Shown here: one piece after another, positions 1 to 10,568 of the stretch | Layout: each line of letters opens with the position of its first letter | Numbering within the stretch: the stretch's first letter is position 1 | From: Desulfatiglandales bacterium | GTDB taxonomy: Bacteria; Desulfobacterota; DSM-4660; Desulfatiglandales; HGW-15 | DNA: 64,000 nt | Assembly (NCBI GenBank): GCA_963667015.2 | Contig: CAXXJJ010000001.1 | Location: 928,001-992,000, forward strand | Direction of reading: 5' to 3' | Notes under the pieces: generated by a model | What the model saw: the letters and a program-made list of their open reading frames with translations, nothing else | Database searches by the model: none | What the model was told of the DNA's origin: nothing | Program-made: the position numbers and the translations under genes

Positions 1-599
1 ACCTCTATGTGGCAGGTGCAGTGGAACTCCCTATTGAACTTTGCCTGCTGGCACTTCCGGGAACTGATCACCGGGACATAAGGACAGTCTATTCGCAGTC
101 ACAGGCACTGGGGCAGTGCAGGAATTTTTTAAAAAGGAATCATCTTGAGCCGGTCCAGTATTACGATTCTGCAGGCGCAGCAAAGATGCTTGCAGAGGAA
201 ACCCCCAGGGCCTCTGCTGTTATAGCCAGTAAACTGGCCTCTGAAATATATGACCTGGAAGTTATTAAAGAAGGTATTGATGACTTTGAAAGAAATATGA
301 CGAGGTTCCTTATCCTGTCCGGAAAGGAAAATAAAGAAGATGGGGATAAATGTTCTATACTGTTTTCAACGGCACATCGCGCGGGAACCCTTTTTAATGT
401 GCTGGAGGTGTTTGCCAGGGAAAAGATTAATCTCACCCGGATCGGATCAATCCAGAGTGGAGCCGGAAATTATACTTTCTTTCTGGACTTTATAGGCTCT
501 AATAAGGATGAAAAGATAATTAAGGCCCTGGAAAAAATAAAGAAGGTAGCTACTAATCTGAGGTTTATGGGCTGCTATAAAGAGATTAAGGTGAATTAA
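1..599 (+). CDS. pheA: Prephenate dehydratase (PDT + ACT domain), 5' truncated by the window edge
   Basis: ALGQC, SAGAA and N-TRF motifs, C-terminal ACT domain (GTLFNVL...NLTRI); precedes aroD/aroE/aroA. Confidence 0.9.
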   Translation, partial: LYVAGAVELPIELCLLALPGTDHRDIRTVYSQSQALGQCRNFLKRNHLEPVQYYDSAGAAKMLAEETPRASAVIASKLASEIYDLEVIKEGIDDFERNMTRFLILSGKENKEDGDKCSILFSTAHRAGTLFNVLEVFAREKINLTRIGSIQSGAGNYTFFLDFIGSNKDEKIIKALEKIKKVATNLRFMGCYKEIKVN

Positions 600-634
600 A
601 TTATGTTCAAAACGACTGTTTTGAATAAAAGCCA

Positions 635-662
635 TCAGCTTTCAGCGGTCAGCTGTCAGCCA
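635..662 (+). repeat. Orphan heptamer tandem repeat (TCAGCNN x4)
   Basis: tcagctt tcagcgg tcagctg tcagcca between pheA and aroD. Confidence 0.6.
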
Positions 663-666
663 AAGT

Positions 667-1356
667 GTGAAAGAAAGAGGCGATAATTTGCTCTGTATTC
701 CCGTGATTGCTAATGATACTGAAGGTGCAGTAAGTAAAATCTCCGAAGCTGAAAAATATGCTGATATTTGTGAGATCCGTCTTGACTTGATGGCCTCCTA
801 TAATCTGGATGAGATTATTAAGGCAGCTCAAAAACCTGTTATTGTGACATATCGATCTGAAAAGGAGGGCGGGAAGGGAGTTGTTGATCCTTCTGCAGTT
901 GCCGATCTGCTCATTACGGCAGCTCAAAAAAACGCCGAGTATATTGACGTTGAATTGACTATGCCGGATGAGTTGCGTGATAGGGTGATCAGAAACAAGG
1001 GAAACAGCCAAATAATAATATCAACCCATAATATGGAGAATACCCCATCCGGTGATGACTTGAATATCCTTTTAGAAGAGAGCATAAGGGCAAAGGCCGA
1101 TATTGTAAAGATCGTTACAATGGCTATCAGTCCGGATGATAATCTGAGGATGCTTGATCTTGTTTCCAGGGCGAACAAAAGAGGATTTAAAATAATTGCC
1201 TTTTGTATGGGTGCTGAAGGAAGGATGAGCAGGGTGTTCAGTTTGCTTTTGGGAGGTTATCTTACTTTTACTTCTCTTGAAACCGGTGAGGAGTCAGCTC
1301 CCGGACAGATTCCGGTAAATGAAATGAAGCGTCTGCTGGAGTATTTTGCAGTCTAG
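667..1356 (+). CDS. aroD: Type I 3-dehydroquinate dehydratase (start may be slightly downstream)
   Basis: EIRLD, TYRSEKEGG, DIVKIV, FCMG..G..SR and SAPGQ motifs. Confidence 0.92.
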   Translation: MKERGDNLLCIPVIANDTEGAVSKISEAEKYADICEIRLDLMASYNLDEIIKAAQKPVIVTYRSEKEGGKGVVDPSAVADLLITAAQKNAEYIDVELTMPDELRDRVIRNKGNSQIIISTHNMENTPSGDDLNILLEESIRAKADIVKIVTMAISPDDNLRMLDLVSRANKRGFKIIAFCMGAEGRMSRVFSLLLGGYLTFTSLETGEESAPGQIPVNEMKRLLEYFAV

Positions 1357-1403
1357 CCTGAGGGGTGTAAAACTCCACACTACAATATGCAGTGAAGATT
1401 TTC

Positions 1404-1435
1404 GTAGGGTGGCATTTTTTTATGCCACCTTTTTT
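1404..1435 (+). terminator. GC-stem hairpin plus T-run (intrinsic terminator-like; also REP-like with a GTAG foot)
   Basis: GTAG GGTGGCAT-T6-ATGCCACC TTTTTT. Confidence 0.55.
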
Positions 1436-1469
1436 AAATATTGTGTCGGACAAATGAATGGTGAATTAA

Positions 1470-2291
1470 ATGAGTCTGAAGATTAATCAAAATACCGAAC
1501 TATATGGAGTACTTGGAAATCCTGTCAGGCATTCCCTGAGCCCGTTGATGTTTAATGCCGTCTTCACTCATAAAAACATCAATGCGGTATATCTTGCTTT
1601 TGAATCGGATGATGTGGAAGGTTCGATTAATGGAATGCGGGCTCTTGGCATTAAAGGTATGAGTGTAACTATTCCTCACAAGTCATCTGTTATTCCTCTG
1701 CTTGATGAAATAGACCCGCTGGCAAATGATATTGGTGCTGTAAATACTGTTGTTAATAAAGGTGGCAGGTTGATCGGTTATAATACAGATGCTGCAGGTG
1801 CGTTGATGGCCCTTGAGGAAGCAGTTGAAGTGACTGGAAAGAACTGCATCATTGTTGGAGCCGGGGGAGCTGCCAGGGCAATAGGGTATATCCTTAAAAA
1901 ACATGATGTGAATATTGCTGTTGCCAATCGCTCTGAGGAAAGAGGCCGGATGTTAGCCAATTCTCTTGGTTCAAGATATATAAACCTGGAACAGCTTGAG
2001 GATGAAAACCCTGATATACTGATAAATACAACCCCTGTCGGCATGACGCCCAATGCCGGTTCCTGCCCTGTCACTGAAAAAATTTTAAAGCAGGGTATGA
2101 CACTAATGGATATAATCTATAATCCCAGGAGAACAAAGCTTCTCAATATTGCTTATGACAGGGGCTGCAGGGTTGTCGATGGTCTTGGGATGTTTATTTA
2201 TCAGGGTGCAGAACAGTTCAGGCTGTGGACCGGACAGGAAGCACCGGTTAAGCTGATGAAAAAGAAAGTTGAAGAAGCCCTCTATGGTTAG
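1470..2291 (+). CDS. aroE: Shikimate dehydrogenase
   Basis: HSLSP, SVTIPHK, GAVNT, GYNTD, GAGGAARA and NTTPVGM motifs. Confidence 0.95.
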   Translation: MSLKINQNTELYGVLGNPVRHSLSPLMFNAVFTHKNINAVYLAFESDDVEGSINGMRALGIKGMSVTIPHKSSVIPLLDEIDPLANDIGAVNTVVNKGGRLIGYNTDAAGALMALEEAVEVTGKNCIIVGAGGAARAIGYILKKHDVNIAVANRSEERGRMLANSLGSRYINLEQLEDENPDILINTTPVGMTPNAGSCPVTEKILKQGMTLMDIIYNPRRTKLLNIAYDRGCRVVDGLGMFIYQGAEQFRLWTGQEAPVKLMKKKVEEALYG

Positions 2292-2294
2292 ATC

Positions 2295-3560
2295 ATGAAG
2301 CCTATAATACAAAAAGACAATATTAATTGTACTGTAAATATTCCAGGATCAAAAAGTATCACACATCGTGCACTTATTGCTGCCGGTCTTGCAAAGGGCC
2401 AGAGCACACTAAAATCATTCCTCGCATGTGACGATACACTTTATACTGCCGGCGCCATTCAAAAGCTGGGGATTGATATAGCGATAAATGAAGATACAGT
2501 TCATGTGAGTGGAAACGGAGGATTCTTCAATCCTGTATCCGAAAAACTGGAAATAGACCTTGGGAATTCAGGGACATCATACAGACTGCTTCTTTCTGTC
2601 GCAGCGCTTGCTAACGGGCCGTTTATTTTTACCGGAACCAAGAGAATGAAGGAAAGACCTGTAGCATATCTGGCTGATGCGTTAAAAAAACTTGGTGTGG
2701 ATGCCCGCTATCTGGAAAAGGAAGGTTACCCACCGGTATTGATTAATGCTTCGGGTATTAAAGGCGGCAGGGTAATAATCCCGGGAGATATCAGCAGTCA
2801 GTACATATCCTCCCTTTTGCTCTCAGGGCCGTATGCCGGGTCCGATCTAACAGTTGAGGTGTCCGGAGAGCTGGTTTCAAGGCCGTATATTGATCTTACT
2901 ATGGATGTCATGAAATCCTTTGGGGTTAATATTGAAAATAAAAATTACAGGATTTTTAATGTGCCGTCAGGGCAGTCATATACTGCGCGGGAATTTGTTA
3001 TTGATGGAGATGCATCGTCCGCTTCCTATTTCTGGGGTGCCGCAGCGATAACGGGCGGGACTGTAAAAACCACAAATATTCATCCATTTAAAAACAGACA
3101 GGGCGATATGGGGCTTTTGGATATCCTTGAAAGAATGGGATGTAATATTAAACGGGAAGAAAGCAGCGTCACAGTAAGCGGTAGAACTCTAACCGGCGTA
3201 TGTGTTGATATGGGCAGCATGCCCGATATGGCACCTACTCTTGCAGTTATTGCTCTTTTTGCAGAAGGAAAAACAACTATAACAAATGTCTCCCATCTGA
3301 GACATAAGGAAAGTGATAGAATAGCTGATACTGCAAATGAAATAAGACGTGTCGGGGGCAGGGTTGAAGAACGTGATGACGGTCTTGTTGTTTATGGAGA
3401 AGAAAAGCTTTCAGGCGCTGAGATTGATTCCCACGATGATCATCGCCTTGCAATGAGTTTTGCAATGGCAGGGATCAGAGTTCCGGATATTATCATTAAG
3501 AATGAAAGCTGTGTAAATAAATCATTCCCCTCCTTCTGGAAATTATGGGAAACATTATAA
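2295..3560 (+). CDS. aroA: 3-phosphoshikimate 1-carboxyvinyltransferase (EPSP synthase)
   Basis: PGSKSITHR, GNSGT, SSQYISSLL, LRHKESDRI and DDHRLAM motifs. Confidence 0.96.
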   Translation: MKPIIQKDNINCTVNIPGSKSITHRALIAAGLAKGQSTLKSFLACDDTLYTAGAIQKLGIDIAINEDTVHVSGNGGFFNPVSEKLEIDLGNSGTSYRLLLSVAALANGPFIFTGTKRMKERPVAYLADALKKLGVDARYLEKEGYPPVLINASGIKGGRVIIPGDISSQYISSLLLSGPYAGSDLTVEVSGELVSRPYIDLTMDVMKSFGVNIENKNYRIFNVPSGQSYTAREFVIDGDASSASYFWGAAAITGGTVKTTNIHPFKNRQGDMGLLDILERMGCNIKREESSVTVSGRTLTGVCVDMGSMPDMAPTLAVIALFAEGKTTITNVSHLRHKESDRIADTANEIRRVGGRVEERDDGLVVYGEEKLSGAEIDSHDDHRLAMSFAMAGIRVPDIIIKNESCVNKSFPSFWKLWETL

Positions 3561-4563
3561 CCGATATAAAAGGAAATTAAGATGCAGGATATACTGAAAG
3601 GTTTTTATCCCCGTTTTACATTACACAGCGACCCTTTAATTAATTCAGCAGCAAATGTGCTTATTATACTGATGCTGGGGCTGATTGCCTGGTGGATACT
3701 TAATTTTGTGGTGTCTCGTTTTGAAAAACGAAAAGAGATAAGCCCTTTTTTAAAAGCCAATGAAAACATTTTTGTGCTGATAAAAAAAGCCGGCCATTCT
3801 GTAATTTTCCTGATGATTGGTGTAGGGTTGATAAGTTTTATCAACCTGCCGGTCTTCGAACGTATTTTTTATGCCATAATGGTAATATTGATTGCATCCT
3901 TTGCAAATAGTCTTGCAAAGGATCTCATTCCATATCTGGAACAAAAGCTTGTATCGAAAACATCAACAAAGATTGATGATGTAATTTTTGACCTGTTGAA
4001 ACGTTTTTCTACAGTGATCATTTATGTTACAGCAATAATCCTTGCCCTGGATGTTGTCGGGGTTAATATAGTGCCATTCGTGGCAGGTGCCGGGGTGGCT
4101 GGAATAGCCATAGGTTTTGCTGCAAAAGATACACTCTCTAATATTATCGCAGGTGTTCTGCTTTTAATAGACCGCCCGTTTGAGGTTGGAGACAGGATAG
4201 AGGTATGGTCTGCTCCAGCAAACTCGGCTACCTGGGGAGATGTAATCGACGTAGGATTAAGGGCTACAAGGATAAAAACAACTGATAATATTGTAATAGT
4301 TATTCCCAATAATGAAATCATGATGAGGGATATTATAAACTATACTACAATAACTGATGAAATCAGGGTAAGGATACCGGTCGGAATAGCCTATGATGCC
4401 GATGTGAAAAAGGCTAAAGAAATTATAAGTAAAGTAAGTCTTGAGCTTGAATGGGTCATGAAAGAACCTGCTCCCAAGGTGGTGGTTAAAACATTCGGAG
4501 ATTCCGCTGTTAACCTTGAGGCAAGGGTATGGATTGCGGATCCCAGGAAAAGGATGGATACTA

Positions 4564-5680
4564 TTAACCCGGCAACAAAATACTTAACAAATGGATCGTA
4601 TTTTGTTATAACACGATCATGGAAAAAATAGACGCAAGGAAACTCAGCACTGATGCCCAACAACAAATTCGTAATCAAGTCATTCGACTCCGAAAACAGG
4701 GACGAACGCATAATGAGATCAGTGCCATTACAGGAGTGAGCCGATCCATTTGCAGTACATGGTGGGCTCTTTATCAAAAAGAAGGTAATAAAGCCCTTAA
4801 AATTAAAAAGCGTGGCCGTCCAAAGGGCAGTTGCCGCACGTTGACACCTGATCAGGAAAAAGAATTGCAAAAAGCTATACAAGACAAATGCCCTGACCAA
4901 ATGAAATTACCATTTGCTTTGTGGACACGCATTGCCGTACAGCAACTCATCAAACAATTGTGGAATATAGATATGCCGATCAGAACTGTTGGCGAGTATC
5001 TGAACAGATGGAATTTTACTCCACAAAAACCACTGAAGAAAGCCTATAAACAAAATCCAAAAGCAGTCAAAGCTTGGTTGGAGACAGAATACTCGGATAT
5101 TTCCAAACGTGCAAAAAAAGAGACCGCGGAAATTCATTGGGGGGATGAGACTGGATTGTGTAACGACAGTTACCATGGAAGAAGTTACGCTCCTCGTGGT
5201 GAAACACCGGCGATTAGGCTTCATCCCAGGTGCCAGCGCGTCAACCTGATTTCCTCTGTCACCAATCAAGGTAAAGTTCGTTTTATGGTTTATAAAAACA
5301 AGATGAATTCCCAAACGATGATCAAATTCATGGAACGATTGATCAAAGATGCTGATAAAAAAATCTTTTTGATTGTAGATAATTTGAAAGTCCATCATAG
5401 CTATATTGTCAAAGACTGGCTGAAAGAACATGAAGACAAAATTGAGTTGTTCTTTCTTCCATCATATTCACCGGAATTAAATCCTGATGAATACCTAAAC
5501 TGCGACCTAAAGGTCGGTGTACATTCTGGTATTCCAGCCAGAACAAAAAAAGAACTCAAGCAAAAAGCTATTTCTCATTTGAGAAAGCTTCAAAAACTAC
5601 CTGGACGTGTTAAAAAATATTTTAAACACCCTAAGATTGCTTATGCTGCTTGATAGTCTCCTATTTAATTGCCGGGTTAA
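4564..5680 (+). mobile_element. IS630-family insertion sequence
   Basis: Terminal IRs TTAACCCGGCAA (4564-4575) and TTGCCGGGTTAA (5669-5680); TA target duplicated at 4562-4563 and 5681-5682. Confidence 0.95.
4619..5653 (+). CDS. IS630 transposase (HTH + DDE)
   Basis: WGDETG, IVDNLKVH and LPSYSPELNPDE motifs; single intact ORF. Confidence 0.95.
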   Translation: MEKIDARKLSTDAQQQIRNQVIRLRKQGRTHNEISAITGVSRSICSTWWALYQKEGNKALKIKKRGRPKGSCRTLTPDQEKELQKAIQDKCPDQMKLPFALWTRIAVQQLIKQLWNIDMPIRTVGEYLNRWNFTPQKPLKKAYKQNPKAVKAWLETEYSDISKRAKKETAEIHWGDETGLCNDSYHGRSYAPRGETPAIRLHPRCQRVNLISSVTNQGKVRFMVYKNKMNSQTMIKFMERLIKDADKKIFLIVDNLKVHHSYIVKDWLKEHEDKIELFFLPSYSPELNPDEYLNCDLKVGVHSGIPARTKKELKQKAISHLRKLQKLPGRVKKYFKHPKIAYAA

Positions 5681-5796
5681 TATTTCCTATATAACCGATC
5701 GCGTAAAGGAAGAGTTCCAGAAGAACGGGATAGAGATTCCCTATCCTAAAAGGGATATTTATATTAAAAGAGAGGTTCAGGGCTAAGGTTTAGCCT

Positions 5797-5881
5797 GCCA
5801 CAAAGGTACAAAGACACAAAGGATTTTATTTTAAATCTTAATACTTTTTTGCATTTCTTAGTGACTTAGTGTCTTCGTGAC
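5797..5881. repeat. Palindromic element, CACAAAG family (three 8-nt units at each end, inverted)
   Basis: GCCACAAAGGTACAAAGACACAAAG ... CTTAGTGACTTAGTGTCTTCGTGAC; half copies at 26768-26792, 29199-29222, 34283-34299 and 37044-37068. Confidence 0.75.
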
Positions 5882-5893
5882 TCTTTAATGGTT

Positions 5894-6514
5894 TTAAAAA
5901 AAACTAAAATAGACCAAGCCATTTTTTATAAAAAAAAGTGCAAATAAGAAAAGTACAACTCCTAAAAATCTTATTATATACAGATAATATCTGCTGCTGA
6001 GAAAATATTTTGCCTTTCCGGTAATAATAGCAATCACTATCTTTGATCCTACCAGGACAGAATAAAATACAACTATAAAGAGTGCTGCGTTTATAAAGCT
6101 TTCGCTAAATGCCTTTATTATTGTTGGGGCTCCGATTGTAAACCAGAAGACATAAGGGCTTGGATTAAGCAGATTGGCGATGATTCCTTTTTTAAGGAGA
6201 TTATCCGAAATATTTTTGTCAGCAATGGCACCCCTGAATGAAAAACTTTCAAAGGCAAGATATATCAGAAAGATACTTCCTCCAAAGGCAATGGTCCCTA
6301 ATATGTAATCTGTGTTCGCAAATCTGGACATAATAAGAATGGTAATGAGTATGATTGGCAGGTCGGTTATCAGGGGAGATGCAGCAACCTTGATACCTGC
6401 TTTTGTATCATGCTTAATAGATTCGGATATTACCAGTGTTAATAATGGGCCAGGGATTAATCCGGTCAGGCCAAGTAAAAATCCAGTTGTTACATATGTC
6501 AAGCTCGTTGGCAT
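5894..6514 (-). CDS. LysE/RhtB-family transporter
   Basis: N-terminal PGP motif, hydrophobic throughout, LLNPSPY motif. Confidence 0.85.
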   Translation of the reverse strand: MPTSLTYVTTGFLLGLTGLIPGPLLTLVISESIKHDTKAGIKVAASPLITDLPIILITILIMSRFANTDYILGTIAFGGSIFLIYLAFESFSFRGAIADKNISDNLLKKGIIANLLNPSPYVFWFTIGAPTIIKAFSESFINAALFIVVFYSVLVGSKIVIAIITGKAKYFLSSRYYLYIIRFLGVVLFLFALFFIKNGLVYFSFF

Positions 6515-6517
6515 TTC

Positions 6518-7717
6518 CTATGCTGAGCCATAACTGTGAAGTCCTGAAAGCAAAAGGTTTACACCGAGGTATGTGAAAATTACACAAAAAAAGCCCACAA
6601 TAGAAAATAAAGCCATCTTTTTGCCTCTCCATCCTGAAACCAGGCGTGAGTGAAGCATTGCAGCGTAGATGAACCAGGTTATCAAAGACCATGTTTCCTT
6701 CGGGTCCCAGCTCCAGTAGGTCCCCCAGGCTGAATTGGCCCATACTGCCCCTGTGATAATCCCCAGGGTCAACATAAGGAAACCTATAACAACCATCTGG
6801 TAGCTGAGTTCTTCCAGAATAGCATGGTTGGGAAAGATCTTAAGAAGACGGGACCTGGAATCATTATAATATTTATCGTGAATCCCGTAGTTATTCTCTT
6901 CCTCATTTCCTTTGCTGAACAGCAGAAAACAATTGTAGATGGGTATCAGTAGTGAAAATCCTTTTTTTCCAACGTCGTGCATTCTGCGGATGGACTGACA
7001 AATAAAAATAAGGACAGTTACAATGACACATGTGTAAAAAAGGTCTAAGGCGATTGCGGCCAACAGACTATTATAGTTGATGATATTGAGGTGAATGTCT
7101 GCAATTTGTATGTCCTTGATAACAAAAAAATAGATAAGGAATAAAAATATCATGTTGATAAGCAAGATAGTACATAAATCCGAATATTTGCTGCGGCTCA
7201 GGCGTCCTTTTATTGAAAAGGGATTCAACCTGTTCAGGCCTCTGATAATGTACATATAGCTAAGACCGAATGAAAGCGCAAAGGCAGCATAACCGACAAA
7301 GCAGGTTATTACATGGGATGTAAGCCAGTTACTTTGAAGTGCAGGGATAAGGGGTTCTATTGCATCGTTTGAAAAAGAAGAATAGGCCATTGCAAGAAAG
7401 GCCAGTGGCGTAACAAAGGCACCAATACTTTTATTGCCTACTCTCCACTCAACCAGCAAATAAAGCAGGATGATTGTCCAGGAGAAGAAGATCAATGATT
7501 CATATAAATTTGAAAGGGGTGCATGGCCAATACCAAGCTGGTATGACTCAATCCATCTTAAAATGAGCCCGGCAGTATGTCCGATAAATCCGATGACAGT
7601 AATGACTGTGGCGGCCTTTCCGAATATTTTCTTATCAAAACACATCATAAGCAGGTAGGCGAGAAAGGCTAAAAAATATATAAAGGTAATGTAATTTAAG
7701 ATTATTCCATTATTCAT
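6518..7717 (-). CDS. ccsA: Cytochrome c biogenesis protein CcsA/ResC (System II) with an internal DUF805-like insertion
   Basis: GHAPLSNLYES, LQSNWLTSHV, WWD domain WANSAWGTYWSWDPKETW, C-terminal GLHSY. Confidence 0.92.
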   Translation of the reverse strand: MNNGIILNYITFIYFLAFLAYLLMMCFDKKIFGKAATVITVIGFIGHTAGLILRWIESYQLGIGHAPLSNLYESLIFFSWTIILLYLLVEWRVGNKSIGAFVTPLAFLAMAYSSFSNDAIEPLIPALQSNWLTSHVITCFVGYAAFALSFGLSYMYIIRGLNRLNPFSIKGRLSRSKYSDLCTILLINMIFLFLIYFFVIKDIQIADIHLNIINYNSLLAAIALDLFYTCVIVTVLIFICQSIRRMHDVGKKGFSLLIPIYNCFLLFSKGNEEENNYGIHDKYYNDSRSRLLKIFPNHAILEELSYQMVVIGFLMLTLGIITGAVWANSAWGTYWSWDPKETWSLITWFIYAAMLHSRLVSGWRGKKMALFSIVGFFCVIFTYLGVNLLLSGLHSYGSA

Positions 7718-9129
7718 CAGTCATGTTTCCTGTCTAATTTTGTTTTAATTTTATCTGTAAGATGGTCAAGTTCTCTTTCCATTCCAACCGGATTTTTATT
7801 TGCCATTCCTGCAATGACTATTCTCGTATTTTTTCCATCTTCCCTGATTTTTATCCACACCCGTCTGTGAGCTGAGAAGAAGGTTATAAAAAGTCCGATA
7901 ATAATCATAATAAAGCCTGTATAAATATAAACAATGCCAGGGTCTTTGCTAACCTGTAGTCCCGTGTAATAGAGTTGCTCAATGTCGTCAAGCGCAAAGG
8001 TATAGGGCGCAACAGCTGAAGGATTAAATTTGGGGAACTGCTCGAATGATGAAAACTGACGCATTATTCTTTCATGGTGTTGAAATAACCAGATCTGCGT
8101 AGCGTCAGCATTTGCAGGCTTTATGTTGAGTAAAACGGCCGGCCCCATTCTCATGAAGTCTTCTCTGATCTCCTCAAGAATTACTTCTCCGTTTTTATCA
8201 GGTAAAGCGATGGGTTTGCCTGTCTCAGCGATAAAGGTAACAGGCTCATTGCTCTCCTTCAGCTTTACGGTGATTCGCGCTTCGTCTCCTGCGATTGACC
8301 CGTAACTGGCCTGATAAAAGGTGATACCCCTGAAGGTAAGGGGGTGGTTCACCCGAAGGTGTCCCTGCTTGACAGTCTCTCCATTTAACGAAAATCTTAT
8401 ATCACTTTTATATTCCCTGGGCCTTCCACCTTCATAAAAGTCTACAGAGAATTTGTCACAGCTTACGACAAAACCAAGATCAATGTGTTTGTGATTGTTT
8501 TGGCCGCTTGTTGATATGTAGTCAACCGAATCGCCTTCAAGAATATTTACATAACCATCAAATCCGTAAAGAGATCCGATTATTGCACCAATTAAAATAA
8601 GCAAAATACTGAAATGAACAAGATATACTCCAAAGAGCGAATACCTTCCTTTGTCACAATAGAGATAAACTGATGAATCACTTTTTTTATCAATTGCTCT
8701 TGAGTATTGTTTTTTAATAATCTCTTTTATTACTGGTAAAGTTTCAGACTTACTTTTCCTGCTTTTAATTATTCTGTGGGCAGGAGCGTCAGTAAAAATC
8801 TTTTCTCTGTCGGGAGAGGGTATTTTTTTATATAATTTGAATGTACCGGGTAACTTGTTTAAAGAGCAGGCTGTTAAATTCAGGGTTAAAAGGAAAATGA
8901 TCCCCTGGAACCAGACAGAATGATACATGTCATCCAATTGAAGTGATAAAACAATCTTCACAAAAATCGGTCCCAGATTTCTGGTAAACTGCCCTCCTGC
9001 TTCTTCCTGAGGGATTATTGTACCTATTATTGATGTTGCGGCTAATATGACAAGAATGAAGATGGTCAGTTTTACCGAACAGAGGAAATTCCATATGCTG
9101 TTTTGCGATTTATTATTCATGTCTTCCAA
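7717..9129 (-). CDS. resB: Cytochrome c biogenesis protein ResB/Ccs1
   Basis: SIIGTIIPQ, YHSVWF, VHFS, VNHPL..FYQASY and TGLQVSKDPG motifs; adjacent to ccsA. Confidence 0.92.
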   Translation of the reverse strand: MEDMNNKSQNSIWNFLCSVKLTIFILVILAATSIIGTIIPQEEAGGQFTRNLGPIFVKIVLSLQLDDMYHSVWFQGIIFLLTLNLTACSLNKLPGTFKLYKKIPSPDREKIFTDAPAHRIIKSRKSKSETLPVIKEIIKKQYSRAIDKKSDSSVYLYCDKGRYSLFGVYLVHFSILLILIGAIIGSLYGFDGYVNILEGDSVDYISTSGQNNHKHIDLGFVVSCDKFSVDFYEGGRPREYKSDIRFSLNGETVKQGHLRVNHPLTFRGITFYQASYGSIAGDEARITVKLKESNEPVTFIAETGKPIALPDKNGEVILEEIREDFMRMGPAVLLNIKPANADATQIWLFQHHERIMRQFSSFEQFPKFNPSAVAPYTFALDDIEQLYYTGLQVSKDPGIVYIYTGFIMIIIGLFITFFSAHRRVWIKIREDGKNTRIVIAGMANKNPVGMERELDHLTDKIKTKLDRKHD

Positions 9130-9244
9130 ATTTTTTTAATATAAGTCGATACCTGATATTGTCAAATTCTCGCTTTATAACATGGATTTAAAACATCCGC
9201 AATTGGCAAAAAGGCATTTGACCACACGGCTTAATTCATGGTAA

Positions 9245-10546
<1,302 letters not shown>

Positions 10547-10568
10547 CATAAAAGATAGGAGATAAGGC

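Larger units (their letters stand above)
3582..5786 (+). pseudogene. mscS: MscS-family mechanosensitive channel interrupted by IS630 near its 3' end
   Basis: GFAAKDTLSN...DRPFEVGDRI. Removing 4564-5682 restores the frame: ...RMDTISYITDRVKEEFQKNGIEIPYPKRDIYIKREVQG* (stop at 5784-5786). Confidence 0.9.
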
